Below are positions 18,783 through 29,020 of a stretch of DNA of 64,000 bases, in pieces. The notes below the pieces were generated by a model, which ran no database searches, was not told the DNA's origin, and saw only the letters and a list, made by a program, of their open reading frames with translations. The stretch is from the NCBI GenBank assembly GCA_038064835.1, contig JBBTSD010000011.1:1320-65319 (forward strand). The letters run 5' to 3'. The stretch's first letter is position 1, and every line of letters starts with the position of its first letter. A program made the translations under genes and the position numbers. This DNA is from Patescibacteria group bacterium (GTDB lineage Bacteria; Patescibacteriota; Minisyncoccia; Phycocordibacterales; UBA2100).

Positions 18783-19001
18783 TCATGATTTTTTCTTGCC
18801 GCCGAGTGCAAGCACGATAAAGATGGTCTGGATAATGCTCAGTATCACCAGCGGTATAAGCAACACCAAGCGTTGCCAGAATGTTGCGGGGGCCATAAAC
18901 CACCACAGCGCAACACCAAAGATGGTGGGAATCCCCACGATGCATACAATGACGCAATTCGCGAGAAAGTCAGTAAACTTGTCCATCTTGTTCTCCCTCA
19001 C
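18783..19001 (-). CDS. small membrane protein, hypothetical
   Basis: 72 aa with two TM helices and a KKKS tail. Confidence 0.35.
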   Translation of the reverse strand: MRENKMDKFTDFLANCVIVCIVGIPTIFGVALWWFMAPATFWQRLVLLIPLVILSIIQTIFIVLALGGKKKS

Positions 19002-19035
19002 TCCCCACAGAACATACCGCGCAACCCCTCCTCAA

Positions 19036-19836
19036 TCAAGCACTCCATTTCTTACCAACTTTTTTGATCATGTCTTCAGAGCGCAATGATGCCAGTGCCC
19101 CAATAAGTCGTTTTTTTGGAAGAGTCGTTGCTTTCAGAAGACTTTTCTCGTCCATTGCTAGACCTTTCAGCAGGGCGCGTAATACACGCCCACGCGCCTC
19201 GCGCGGAGATCCGCGGAATGCTTTTTGTTTTGTATACACGGTGCTCTTTCTAGCTGAGTTTCCTTTTGTCTCTTTCAGATACACTCCGTAGTCCATAAGT
19301 GCGGCGTACCATTCGCGTGGCGAATCCACTTGCGCAAGAGCTTGCGCAATGAGCGGCATCAAACGGGCGTCGTCCACGCGCCGAGCTTGAGGAAAAAAAT
19401 GATGAATGAACACTGTGCGAATATTTGTTTCAATGCATACTTCCCGCTCGTTGTACGCAAAGATACGCACGGCTTTGGCTGTGTAATCGCCGACACCCGG
19501 CAATGCGCGCAAGTCGTCATACGAGCGTGGCACTACGCCCCTATTGTGGGCGACCACAGCCTGCGCCGCTCCGTGCAAAAATTTGGCTCGCCGATTATAC
19601 CCGAGCCCGCTCCACATTTTCAAAACAGCACCGAGTTTTTTCTGTGCCAACACATTCATTGTAGGAAACTCGCGCAAGAAATTTTCGTAGTACGGAATCA
19701 CTCGCGTGACCTGCGTCTGCTGTAGCATCATTTCAGAGACAAGAATATGGTATGGGTCGTGTGTTTTCCGCCACGGTAGATCGTGTCGGCCATGCATAGC
19801 GAAATATGCCTGCACAGCGCGCACGAAATCATTCAT
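19036..19836 (-). CDS. MutY-like HhH-GPD DNA glycosylase lacking the 4Fe-4S Cys cluster
   Basis: LPWRKTHDPYHILVSEMMLQQTQVTRVIPYYENFLREFPT and LPGVGDYTAKAV (HhH-GPD). No C-x6-C-x2-C-x5-C. Start chosen at MNDFVRAV, a 4-nt overlap with the SGNH gene. Confidence 0.7.
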   Translation of the reverse strand: MNDFVRAVQAYFAMHGRHDLPWRKTHDPYHILVSEMMLQQTQVTRVIPYYENFLREFPTMNVLAQKKLGAVLKMWSGLGYNRRAKFLHGAAQAVVAHNRGVVPRSYDDLRALPGVGDYTAKAVRIFAYNEREVCIETNIRTVFIHHFFPQARRVDDARLMPLIAQALAQVDSPREWYAALMDYGVYLKETKGNSARKSTVYTKQKAFRGSPREARGRVLRALLKGLAMDEKSLLKATTLPKKRLIGALASLRSEDMIKKVGKKWSA

Positions 19837-20582
19837 CGATTTGTGTTTTTTATGTTGATCCATGACACCTGCCATTTTTTCTCTACCTGGTGTCGCAGTA
19901 TGGTAAACCAAAATCCATATCCTTCGCCCGTAAGATGCAGGAAGTCGGGCGCGTAGTATTTTTTCGGGTCCGATGCAAAGGGACTACTCCGGGAGAAAAT
20001 GTCGACATACACACCTCCGTGTTTTTCGGCAGCCATCATGAATTGTGTGCGAAGATTGGCTGAACGCCAGTTGTAAATCGGTCGCATGAAGAGTGGGAAT
20101 AATGGTGCGTCGCCAATTTTTCCCGCAGTGAGAACAATAATCTTGTCAGCCCGTTTTCCAACAAGAGCAAGTGTCTCGTCCAATAGTGCCCCTACTTCAT
20201 CCAGTGATGAAAACTGAATGACATCATTCGCCCCAATTTGTATCAACGCAAAATCAAAGTGCTCACTTTTTGCCTGGGTTAGTTGACCGCGCACATCACG
20301 CACTTTTGCACCGCTCGTCGCGTAGTTTTCTACAGAGGCGTCAAGCGCCTCTGACAGACGGCCTGGGACACTGAGTGCGGGTTCGCTTCCCACGCTTGCA
20401 GCCGTACTGTCGCCTAGCACCAGCACACTGACAACACCTTCTGTCCGCTCGAAGTTCTGCGCAGTACGCACCAAAGTTTTGCTGATTGCCACCAGGCGCA
20501 TCACTCGGATACCTTCGTAGACAAGGTAACAGAGGAGAACGATCATCAGGATCAGCGCCACAGAATAGAGCGTGCGAGTCAT
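19833..20582 (-). CDS. SGNH/GDSL hydrolase family protein
   Basis: VLVLGDSTAA (GDS block), IQIGANDV, DFLHLTGEGY (DxxH). Confidence 0.7.
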   Translation of the reverse strand: MTRTLYSVALILMIVLLCYLVYEGIRVMRLVAISKTLVRTAQNFERTEGVVSVLVLGDSTAASVGSEPALSVPGRLSEALDASVENYATSGAKVRDVRGQLTQAKSEHFDFALIQIGANDVIQFSSLDEVGALLDETLALVGKRADKIIVLTAGKIGDAPLFPLFMRPIYNWRSANLRTQFMMAAEKHGGVYVDIFSRSSPFASDPKKYYAPDFLHLTGEGYGFWFTILRHQVEKKWQVSWINIKNTNR

Positions 20583-21283
20583 CACAGTTGATATATTACA
20601 TCCTTTCGCTCCACCACGACGCTCCATCCGTTTCTGTTTGCATGTTTGTTGAGCGCACTGCTTGGATTAAAGCAAATCGGTCGCGCAACCATCTCGAGAA
20701 AAGGAATATCGCTTTCAGAATCACCGACACCAATTGAATACTGGAGCGTCAAACCTTCGCGCTCGACTGCGCGTTTCAGCGTATTCGCCTTGTTGAAAAT
20801 GATATGCTCATCAGTCACCGTGCCGGTGAGGCGATCTCCTGGACCAATTTCATAAATCACCCCATACGCCTTGTCGAACCCGAGCTTGGGACAGAAGAAG
20901 TCGAGAATGGTTTTGGGTGAATGAGACACGGCGAGGAGGAAATAGTCTTTCTGTTTTAAGTCCCGCAACAAATCCCGTGTATATCGATACACACGCTTCC
21001 ATTGAGCCTCGACTACATACTCAGCGGCATCTGCGAAATCGCTATAGTGCACTCCTTTAAAATATTTCTCGGAGGCGCGCACCATGGCGTGAATATATTC
21101 ATCATAAGTCCCTTCTCGATTCACCCATTTCTCTTGTTCGCGCGCATAGGCGCGATGCATTTCTGGGGGTAAATGTCCCTTTTCAATGAGTCTTTCTATA
21201 AGCTGAATAAACAAGCTGGAACGGAAGATGGTACCGTCCACATCAAATACTGCCACTCTTTGCTTCCCTTTTCGCGCACTCAT
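20582..21283 (-). CDS. HAD-superfamily hydrolase (HAD-IB / phosphoserine-phosphatase-like)
   Basis: VAVFDVDGTI motif I and GVGDSESD motif IV. Confidence 0.75.
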   Translation of the reverse strand: MSARKGKQRVAVFDVDGTIFRSSLFIQLIERLIEKGHLPPEMHRAYAREQEKWVNREGTYDEYIHAMVRASEKYFKGVHYSDFADAAEYVVEAQWKRVYRYTRDLLRDLKQKDYFLLAVSHSPKTILDFFCPKLGFDKAYGVIYEIGPGDRLTGTVTDEHIIFNKANTLKRAVEREGLTLQYSIGVGDSESDIPFLEMVARPICFNPSSALNKHANRNGWSVVVERKDVIYQL

Positions 21284-21304
21284 GCGATGAGTATACCAAA
21301 AGCT

Positions 21305-21970
21305 CTATGGGCGTGTCTTGGGCCATCTTTTTAAAGCCTCTGGCCATAGTTGTGACAATGGATGTTCCGCACAATCATGTGTGCGAGCAGGACACACATA
21401 CCTTCCATACAACACCAGACCATTGTTCACATATTTCCAGTCTTTCTTTGGTATCAGCATTTCCAAATCTTTAGAAATTTTCTTTAGGTCCTTTTGATCA
21501 GTGAGGTCAAATCGTTTGGCAAATCGTTTGACATGTGTGTCGGTAGCAATTCCTTCCCACACATTGAACAACTCTCCCAACACCACATGCGCCGTCTTGT
21601 AGCCAATGCCCGGAAGCGCCACTAGCTCGGTTTCTGTCTGGGGTACATTCCCCCGATGTTGTTCTGCCACAATTTTTGCAGATGCGATGATGTGTTTCGT
21701 TTTGTTACGGAAAAAAGGAATAGAACCAATTTCCCTTTCAAAGACTGTCCGCCGGGCATTCGCAAAATCGGCAGGAGTTCGGTACTTTTTAAACAGTGTT
21801 TTGGTTGCCGTGTTTACCGCTTTATCGGTGCACTGCGCTGAAAGCATGACCGCTACCACGAATTGAAATGGTGCTTCGTAGCTCAATTCGCTTTTGGGCG
21901 CAGGATAGGCCTTTTTCAGATACGCCACGATTGCATGTGCCCGTTTAGTTCGTTCTGTTCGTTTTCTCAT
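21305..21970 (-). CDS. nth: endonuclease III family glycosylase (HhH-GPD); only 2 of 4 canonical Fe-S Cys present
   Basis: VVAVMLSAQCTDKAVN...LPGIGYKTAHVV...; C-terminal CPARTHDCAEHP is C-x6-C-x2-H. Confidence 0.8.
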   Translation of the reverse strand: MRKRTERTKRAHAIVAYLKKAYPAPKSELSYEAPFQFVVAVMLSAQCTDKAVNTATKTLFKKYRTPADFANARRTVFEREIGSIPFFRNKTKHIIASAKIVAEQHRGNVPQTETELVALPGIGYKTAHVVLGELFNVWEGIATDTHVKRFAKRFDLTDQKDLKKISKDLEMLIPKKDWKYVNNGLVLYGRYVCPARTHDCAEHPLSQLWPEALKRWPKTRP

Positions 21971-21976
21971 AGAGCG

Positions 21977-23050
21977 CTATGATAGCTTTTCTATACGCAG
22001 TCCCACAAGCCGTATCTTTTTCTTCCGCGGATTCTCCTGGGCGTCGAAAAATGGAAGTGCCAACTTGATTGCTTTGAGCTCAAGCTCAACGACGCTTGTA
22101 AGCGGCTTCTGCACTGTGAGCATACGCGATACTGTAGAAAAATCGGCAAAACGAACTGTTATGACCACGGTGCGAAAACTGATAAATCCATCCTGAATGA
22201 GCGATCGCACGATACTTTTTGCCTGTACTGAGAGGACCTCAAAAACTTCCTTCATGTCATCCGTATCCACATCAAATGTATGGTGCTTACCGATAGATTT
22301 CGCATCTTCTTTTTCCGTCTGTACTTCCCGTTCGTCGATACCACGCAGGCGCTCGTACAACTCAAACCCATGTGCACCAAAAGCGCGACGCAGTTCTTCC
22401 CAAGAAATTTTGCGTGCGTCTGCAACCGTACGAACACCCAGTCGTGCAAATTTTTCTTCGGCCTTCTTTCCTATTCCAGGGATATCACGAACGGCCAGTG
22501 GTTTTAAAAACATGTCTACTTTTTGTGGCAAGACAACGGTGAGGCCCCGTGGTTTTTTTACTTCGCTCGCAAGCTTGGCAATCAGTTTATTAGGGCCAAT
22601 ACCGACTGAACACGAAAGACCGATGTCGCAAATCGATTTTTGTACGGTCCGAGCAATGCGAGTTGCCTCTGGATAGTCACTGCAGTGTGAAAAATCAAGG
22701 TAGGCCTCATCCACACTAACTTGTTCTACAATACGCACGAGCTTTCCTATCAACCCAAATGCCTCGCTAGAAGCATCGCTATATTTTTTGTGTCGTGGGG
22801 TTATGAAAACACAGGGTGCATTTCCTTTTTTCTGCGCCTCCTGGCACAACTGCCACGCTTTTGAAATGGGCACGGCGCTCCTAACCCCATATGCACGCGC
22901 GGCGTAACTTGCCGTCGAGACCACGCCACGGCCCGCACCGCCCAGGGGATCGGAGCCGACAATAATAGGCAATCCTTTGAGGTATGGTTTTTCGCGCTCT
23001 TCTACCGTGGCAAAAAAAGCATCCAAATCTATATGACCAACAATGCGCAT
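21977..23050 (-). CDS. dinB: DNA polymerase IV (Y-family)
   Basis: MRIVGHIDLDAFFATVEERE... SVDEAYLDF. The track ORF begins 36 nt upstream. Confidence 0.85.
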   Translation of the reverse strand: MRIVGHIDLDAFFATVEEREKPYLKGLPIIVGSDPLGGAGRGVVSTASYAARAYGVRSAVPISKAWQLCQEAQKKGNAPCVFITPRHKKYSDASSEAFGLIGKLVRIVEQVSVDEAYLDFSHCSDYPEATRIARTVQKSICDIGLSCSVGIGPNKLIAKLASEVKKPRGLTVVLPQKVDMFLKPLAVRDIPGIGKKAEEKFARLGVRTVADARKISWEELRRAFGAHGFELYERLRGIDEREVQTEKEDAKSIGKHHTFDVDTDDMKEVFEVLSVQAKSIVRSLIQDGFISFRTVVITVRFADFSTVSRMLTVQKPLTSVVELELKAIKLALPFFDAQENPRKKKIRLVGLRIEKLS

Positions 23051-23057
23051 CCGAGCA

Positions 23058-23519
23058 TCATACGGTGTTTTGTGTCGCCGAGACATCTGCGCGCGAATGA
23101 CTCCATATCAAAATTATTACCCCCGCAAGCACGAAAGTGAGGAATGCTGAGAACAGACAATAAATACACCATGCACCGATAAAAAAAGCCTGGACATACA
23201 AGAAATACAGTGAGGACAAAGCTCCTAGAACCCCCACGCCGTACAAAATGTTCTTTGCATAGCCCTTCATGTCGGTGACTAGTGCAATGCCAAGAATTAA
23301 AATGCATGTGTAGAAAAATATCCCCCACAAAGAAATCGGTGCTCCGAATAGTATCGAGTACGGGCTCGCAGCGACGGCATTGCATCCTTCGAGCGGTCCG
23401 CACAACAGACTCGTTTCAGTGATATGGGCGGTGTATAAGTAGAGCGCATCGAGAAGACCGAGCACGGCTATCGCTACCACGGCCGTCACATGACTACTCT
23501 GCATCACTTTCATAAGCAT
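23058..23519 (-). CDS. vitamin K epoxide reductase (VKOR) family protein
   Basis: Four TM helices with the CxxC-type pairs LCGPLEGC and WCIYC. Confidence 0.65.
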   Translation of the reverse strand: MLMKVMQSSHVTAVVAIAVLGLLDALYLYTAHITETSLLCGPLEGCNAVAASPYSILFGAPISLWGIFFYTCILILGIALVTDMKGYAKNILYGVGVLGALSSLYFLYVQAFFIGAWCIYCLFSAFLTFVLAGVIILIWSHSRADVSATQNTV

Positions 23520-23569
23520 ACGGTACCATTTTTACCGACCTGCGCCAAACACAGAGATGTCTCTGCACA

Positions 23570-24418
23570 CTATAGTTTGATTTGGAAATTTACTTTGCCC
23601 GGCACACTTTGTGGCACCGCGCGTAAAGATTGCACGGTAGGAAGATTGAGAGAAAAGGCCTCTACTTCAGCAAGCAACACACCGCCATACGCGCCGAAAA
23701 ATTCATTCAAATCTTCTGCTCCTCGTGACGAACGGATTCGTTCAGAATACACTACTGCAACTGCACGACCACCGGTCAGTGAAATTGTCGTGAAAATAAC
23801 CTCCCAATAGACACCGCTGTCTTTTGTCATAATCGGAAAAGCAGCAACCATCGTGCGGCGCGCAGGAGTATTTCCCGAAGCCGGAGTAAGATTATCGACT
23901 ACGATTGTGCCGCCTGTCGATACATATTTATCACGCACTGAAAGTGCAAAGGCATCAGCGGTAGCCGGAGTCGTGGCTTGAAGATTCTCAATAATACTTA
24001 TCATATGCTTCCATGTTTCAAGATTTTCTTCGCCTGCGGGAGTAAATTCAAATAGACCGCTCACATGATAGCGATGGAAGTAGGTGACATCACGAAAGAC
24101 AACGCTCGGGGCACCATTGCGCGCCCCCGCAACACCGGGAGTTTTCTGTGAATGCTTTATTCCTTCAAGCGAACCGACAGCGACCGAACTAGCGGGATCT
24201 CCTTCGGTATACCCAATTTGCCCGCGAGCTCGTGCCCGCAATTCCGTAAGGTCGATAGCGACTTCATCTTGTCCAGCTTTTAATGCTTCGTGAAAAACTT
24301 CAGTAGGGGGTGGCGGAAAAACTTTGCCGCCGCCTAGCCACAGCACGCCCAGCGTGCCGCCAATGAACAGGATGAACATCCACGCAATAACACGGATGTG
24401 GTTGCCGGCCATCCACAT
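23570..24418 (-). CDS. membrane-anchored hypothetical protein
   Basis: N-terminal TM (IAWMFILFIGGTLGVLWL) then a ~250-aa extracytoplasmic region. No known domain. Confidence 0.45.
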   Translation of the reverse strand: MWMAGNHIRVIAWMFILFIGGTLGVLWLGGGKVFPPPPTEVFHEALKAGQDEVAIDLTELRARARGQIGYTEGDPASSVAVGSLEGIKHSQKTPGVAGARNGAPSVVFRDVTYFHRYHVSGLFEFTPAGEENLETWKHMISIIENLQATTPATADAFALSVRDKYVSTGGTIVVDNLTPASGNTPARRTMVAAFPIMTKDSGVYWEVIFTTISLTGGRAVAVVYSERIRSSRGAEDLNEFFGAYGGVLLAEVEAFSLNLPTVQSLRAVPQSVPGKVNFQIKL

Positions 24419-24463
24419 ATCGTAGCATACGCAATCCTGCACCCTAGAAAACACGAGTATACT

Positions 24464-25285
24464 ATGTGCATGAAGCATAGTAGTTCTGTCGAGCAATTTT
24501 TGATACTCACCATCATCGCATCGAGCGCCGCTATGCTCCCACTTACCCTATCAGAGATACACCTTGGCGCGACACGAGCGTGGGAAAATACTGTCTTGAG
24601 CCTTAATCCATCTGCCGAACGAGCATACGCCTATGGCGTTGTGCACTTTAGTTCAAGCCAAAGAGATGCATACGATATTGATCGCGCTGAGTATTTTTTT
24701 CGCCGGGCAATTGCATTAAACAACCGACAACCACTTGCCTACCATCAGTTGGCCCGTATCGCTTTTCTTCGAGGCGAATTTTCGCAAGCGATGACCTATA
24801 TAAACAACGAGCTTTTTTTGAACCCCGAGCCGTCACCGTCTTCCTACTATATGCGAGGACTCATCCGCGGGTACATGGGCGATTATCCCGAAGCGGTTAC
24901 AGACTATCAAATGTACCTGACGCGAAAGCCTGCGAATTGGGCAGGATTCAATGATTTCGCCTGGGTCCTCGTCAAGGACAATCGTCCCGCAGAGGCATGG
25001 GAGATAGTCTTACACGGTCTGGCCTCATACCCTACAAATCCCTGGCTCCTCAATACCGGAGCAATTGCCTCATATGAGCTGGGTGAAACTGAACGGGCGC
25101 GCAGCATGGCGCTTGACGCCGCTCGTTTTGCCCTCGCTCTTTCCGAGAAAGACTGGCTTGTCGCTTATCCAGGGAATGACCCCGCTGTTGCGCAGGAGGG
25201 GATCTCGACCTTGTATACTGCAATTATGCAAAACATACATCGAGCTAGCGTGGTTACCGCCACCCCCGCCACACAAACACCATGA
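24464..25285 (+). CDS. TPR repeat protein (signal peptide)
   Basis: Repeated TPR-like helices (AEYFFRRAIALNNRQPLAYHQLARIAFLRGEFSQAMTY...). Confidence 0.55.
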   Translation: MCMKHSSSVEQFLILTIIASSAAMLPLTLSEIHLGATRAWENTVLSLNPSAERAYAYGVVHFSSSQRDAYDIDRAEYFFRRAIALNNRQPLAYHQLARIAFLRGEFSQAMTYINNELFLNPEPSPSSYYMRGLIRGYMGDYPEAVTDYQMYLTRKPANWAGFNDFAWVLVKDNRPAEAWEIVLHGLASYPTNPWLLNTGAIASYELGETERARSMALDAARFALALSEKDWLVAYPGNDPAVAQEGISTLYTAIMQNIHRASVVTATPATQTP

Positions 25286-25899
25286 CATCAGAATACGAAA
25301 ATTTCTCGGTAACACCCATTCGCTTTGCATCGTGGATTTTTATTGGTGTGCTTGTTTTCCTTGTTGCTCACAACGACATGCAAAAAGACTCATTATCCAG
25401 AAGAACGGACGCTGAGGTAAAATTTTCCGATACGAGTTCTTCTGGCATGTCTATTGTACCCGCTTCATGTGATTCTGATCCACACTACGCTGGCGAGTGC
25501 GACCCACCCTGCCTCCTTCTTAACTTCTGCAGCGGGCTTCAGCGCTGGCAAAGAGCCACCTCCTGCGTGGAAACACTTCTTGAGACATGTAGTTACGCCT
25601 GTTCTGCCGATGCGTGCATACCTCCACCGCCACCAACGGGAAACATTACCGTCACACCCGATCTCATACGCAAAAGTGCAACAACACAAGTAAGCTGGAG
25701 TGCAACCGATGTAAGCTCGTGTTCAGTCACCGGCTCCAACGGAGACACCTGGAGTGTGGGAAGTGGCACGCTCACCACACAAACATCAACCACACTCACG
25801 CGCACCACAGAATATGTACTAACCTGCCCCGCGCTCGACGGTTCAACATTTCGTGATACCGCTACCGTAACAACCGCACCCGAATTTCGCGAAAGATAG
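25282..25899 (+). CDS. secreted Cys-rich protein with one beta-sandwich domain shared with the 58531..60744 surface protein
   Basis: N-terminal TM; ITVTPDLIRKSATTQVSWSATDVSSCSVTGSNGDTWSVGSGTLTTQTSTTLTRTTEYVLTC resembles the SWSS...YTLTV repeats of the large surface protein. Confidence 0.5.
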   Translation: MTSEYENFSVTPIRFASWIFIGVLVFLVAHNDMQKDSLSRRTDAEVKFSDTSSSGMSIVPASCDSDPHYAGECDPPCLLLNFCSGLQRWQRATSCVETLLETCSYACSADACIPPPPPTGNITVTPDLIRKSATTQVSWSATDVSSCSVTGSNGDTWSVGSGTLTTQTSTTLTRTTEYVLTCPALDGSTFRDTATVTTAPEFRER

Positions 25900-25964
25900 A
25901 AACTTATATCGCTGGAACAGAAACGACCCGCACCAAGGAGGTGCGGGCCGCAGGTTCGTGCATG

Positions 25965-26750
25965 TCAGTACCACTTGCGTGGGGTGGCGAGGAACGCGGC
26001 ATACGGGCGATTCCACTTCGCCCCGAACGCCGCATAACTCTCGACAACCACGACCGTCAGGCCAGCGCTTTTGAAGTGCCGAAAAATGAATTCGGCGACG
26101 CGCGGATCCAAACGAATGCACCCTGCAGATTCACTGGCGATATCGCCACCATGGAGGGCATGACCCTCATTAGTGAAAAACATCGCGTAAGGCATGCGCC
26201 CACCGCCGCGCTCAATGGTCCCATCCCGAAGTTGCCGAATCGGATGGCTCTTCGAGATGTGCAGTTCGTGGCTAGACAGGATCGGATGCGGACCTTTCTT
26301 CGGGTCCGTCAGCGGCGTCCTGAAACCAACTCTGCCGTGCGACATTGGCCCAAACAGTTTGTACCCGTCCCGCTCGGCGATGACGCCATGCTCGAAGATC
26401 AGGAAAGTGCCATTGCGTCCCTCGTTGAGAAACGCGACGAACACCGTCCCCGGGACAGCGGTTTTCAAGTCGGGCATCACCGGTATGTCGACTTCGCGTG
26501 CCGCACGAGCGACACGCTCGGCACGATCCCGCACAGCATCTTCCGGTCGAACCAAAGCCGGAGGCCATGCGGAAACACCGGGCATCGGCCTCAGATACGG
26601 TCGCTCGGCACGAGGTGTGGGAGCGCGGCGATCGCTGTCGCAGATGACCTGTGACGAATCGATCTGATCGAACCGGCATGCCGCCGAAACGGGGGTGGTC
26701 GCGAGGTAGGCTATGGCGAGAGTCGCCGTGAAAGTCAGAGCGATGTTCAT
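25965..26750 (-). CDS. L,D-transpeptidase (YkuD domain), secreted; high-GC (~62%) gene
   Basis: Signal peptide; MPYAMFFTNEGHALHGGDIASESAGCIRLDPRVAEFIF matches the His/Cys catalytic region of YkuD. Confidence 0.75.
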   Translation of the reverse strand: MNIALTFTATLAIAYLATTPVSAACRFDQIDSSQVICDSDRRAPTPRAERPYLRPMPGVSAWPPALVRPEDAVRDRAERVARAAREVDIPVMPDLKTAVPGTVFVAFLNEGRNGTFLIFEHGVIAERDGYKLFGPMSHGRVGFRTPLTDPKKGPHPILSSHELHISKSHPIRQLRDGTIERGGGRMPYAMFFTNEGHALHGGDIASESAGCIRLDPRVAEFIFRHFKSAGLTVVVVESYAAFGAKWNRPYAAFLATPRKWY

Positions 26751-27018
26751 CTTTTTTCCCTTGTTTTCCGTAAATACTCAATTTCGCACCTTCTTTAATT
26801 ATAGCACTAATCGGCATAAATAGCAAGGTCTGGTCTTGTACCCTCGAACCCACACGAGATTCCTTTTGAAAAATGAGAAGGTCAGACCTTCTCATTTGCG
26901 TCGGCCTTGGAACGCACCCCAGAGGCCACTACCGGCGGCTCCTCAGTAACCATTCGAGAGGTCACCTTGAAAACCCCGTAAAATTGGGTTTTTTACAAAT
27001 GTCTGGTATACTACTGAG

Positions 27019-28962
27019 GTGAATGTCCCCTCAAAAGTGACCGGCACCATCGATGTGACGCGACGCGGTGTTGGCTATCTCCCCCATGAATCCCTCGACC
27101 AGGACATTGAAATCGCACCCGAAAATCTAGGGACAGCATTGAACGGCGACGAAGTCGAGGTGCTCATTTTGTCGCACGGTCGGCGAGCGCGCGAGCGCAC
27201 CAAAGGCCGCGTTGAACGCATCGTCATGCGTGCGCGTACTTCACATGTCGGCACCATCACCAGTGCCGAAGGTGGCGCTTTTATCATCACTCCCGACGAT
27301 GCACGAATGTACGCTCGCCCACGAGTTGGTCAGAATGCATCCCCTGCCCGCGTTGGCGACAAAGTCGTATTCGCTATTGATCGTTGGACCGCAGGTGCCG
27401 ATCCTGTTGTGCGCATCATCCGTGTCCTTGGTCGCGCAGGGGATCACGAAACCGAAATGCAGTCTGCACTCGAAACGCACGACTTCGTAATCGGTTTTCC
27501 CGAAGATGTCGAACGCGAGGCAGCCGACATTGCCATGCGCCGTACCGAACTCCTTTCCCACACCACCGGAAGGCGTGATTTCCGCTCGGTCACCACATTC
27601 ACGATTGACCCGAAAGATGCAAAGGACTTCGACGACGCGCTGTCAGTAAAAACACTTCCCGATGGCACATACGAAATCGGCATTCATATTGCAGATGTAA
27701 CCCACTTTGTGCGCCCGGGAAGCGCTATTGATACCGAGGCTTTGCGGAGGGCCACATCCGTATATCTCGTTGATCGCACCATTCCGATGCTTCCCGAAAT
27801 TTTGAGCAATGATTTGTGTTCGCTTGTCCCCAACGAAGACCGTCTCGCTTTTTCTGCTGTATTCACTATGGACGAAAAAGCGCACATCACTGATCACTGG
27901 TACGGCCGCACCATCATTCGATCAGTCAAACGCTTTACCTATGAGTCTGCGCAAGAAGTGCTCGACAAGAAAGAGGGCGAATATCTTGCAGAACTATCTC
28001 TCCTTGAAAAGCTCGGCCACATACTACGCGCGGAGCGCGAACGCGAAGGAGCACTTTCGTTCGACACACCTGAAGTTCGCTTCGAACTCGCTGAAGACAA
28101 AACCCCGATTCGCGCCTATGTAAAAACGCGCGTCGAAACCATGCGCATCATCGAAGATTTTATGTTACTCGCCAACCGCGAAGTGGCAACCTGGGTGACC
28201 AATCATACAAAGTCAAAGACCGCGGCTCACGAGCGCACCTTTATCTACCGCATCCACGACCTACCAAAACCAGACCGCATCGAGGATTTGCGTGTGTTCC
28301 TGAAAGCGATTGGACACGATTTGGGTGACAGCAAAGGCGCTCCAGGACAAATCACTTCAAAAGATTTGAATGTACTCCTCAAAAAAATAAAAGGCACCCC
28401 TGAGGAGATGTTGATACAGATGAGCACGCTACGCTCCATGGCCAAGGCTGTGTACACACACAAAAACATCGGCCACTTTTCACTCGCCTTTCAGCACTAC
28501 ACACATTTCACTTCACCGATTCGACGCTATCCCGACATGATGGTGCACCGCATCCTTGCATCTCACCTGGGCGGCGACCCTATTAGCCCTGAAGAATTTG
28601 CCCGCTACCAACGGGCTGCAACAACCTCATCCGAACGCGAAGTGGCAGCAGTCGAGGCGGAACGCGATTCAGTGCGATTCAAACAAGTCGAGTACATGCA
28701 AAAACGCATTGGCCAGACATTCGACGGCACCGTCACAGGTGTTATCGAGCACGGCATATTTGTCTCCGAGAATGAAACCAAATCGGAGGGCTTGGTGCAT
28801 GTCTCGACCATGAACGATGACTACTACGAACTCAACGAAAAAACCTACACCCTGATGGGCAGGAAAAACAAACGGAAATTCCGCTTGGGCGACCCTGTTC
28901 GCATCACCCTCAAAGCAGCCGATTTGTCTACACGCCAGCTCACCTGGGAACTTGCAAAATAG
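27019..28962 (+). CDS. rnr: ribonuclease R (RNB family 3'-5' exoribonuclease with C-terminal S1 domain)
   Basis: RRDFRSVTTFTIDPKDAKDFDDALSV (RNB) plus S1. GTG start, with an extended -10-like TGgTATACT at 27004-27012; start uncertain. Confidence 0.88.
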   Translation: MNVPSKVTGTIDVTRRGVGYLPHESLDQDIEIAPENLGTALNGDEVEVLILSHGRRARERTKGRVERIVMRARTSHVGTITSAEGGAFIITPDDARMYARPRVGQNASPARVGDKVVFAIDRWTAGADPVVRIIRVLGRAGDHETEMQSALETHDFVIGFPEDVEREAADIAMRRTELLSHTTGRRDFRSVTTFTIDPKDAKDFDDALSVKTLPDGTYEIGIHIADVTHFVRPGSAIDTEALRRATSVYLVDRTIPMLPEILSNDLCSLVPNEDRLAFSAVFTMDEKAHITDHWYGRTIIRSVKRFTYESAQEVLDKKEGEYLAELSLLEKLGHILRAEREREGALSFDTPEVRFELAEDKTPIRAYVKTRVETMRIIEDFMLLANREVATWVTNHTKSKTAAHERTFIYRIHDLPKPDRIEDLRVFLKAIGHDLGDSKGAPGQITSKDLNVLLKKIKGTPEEMLIQMSTLRSMAKAVYTHKNIGHFSLAFQHYTHFTSPIRRYPDMMVHRILASHLGGDPISPEEFARYQRAATTSSEREVAAVEAERDSVRFKQVEYMQKRIGQTFDGTVTGVIEHGIFVSENETKSEGLVHVSTMNDDYYELNEKTYTLMGRKNKRKFRLGDPVRITLKAADLSTRQLTWELAK

Positions 28963-29020
28963 ATTAGGTGTGGTATTGTAAATCTGGAAAGTCGACGGCT
29001 TAGCCACGAAGGAGGCAAGG

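Noticed and set aside
25941-26895. Plus and minus overlapping ORFs (237, 157, 207 aa) around the L,D-transpeptidase
   Set aside because: They are GC-driven spurious frames. Only the 25965..26750 minus frame carries the YkuD catalytic motif and a signal peptide.
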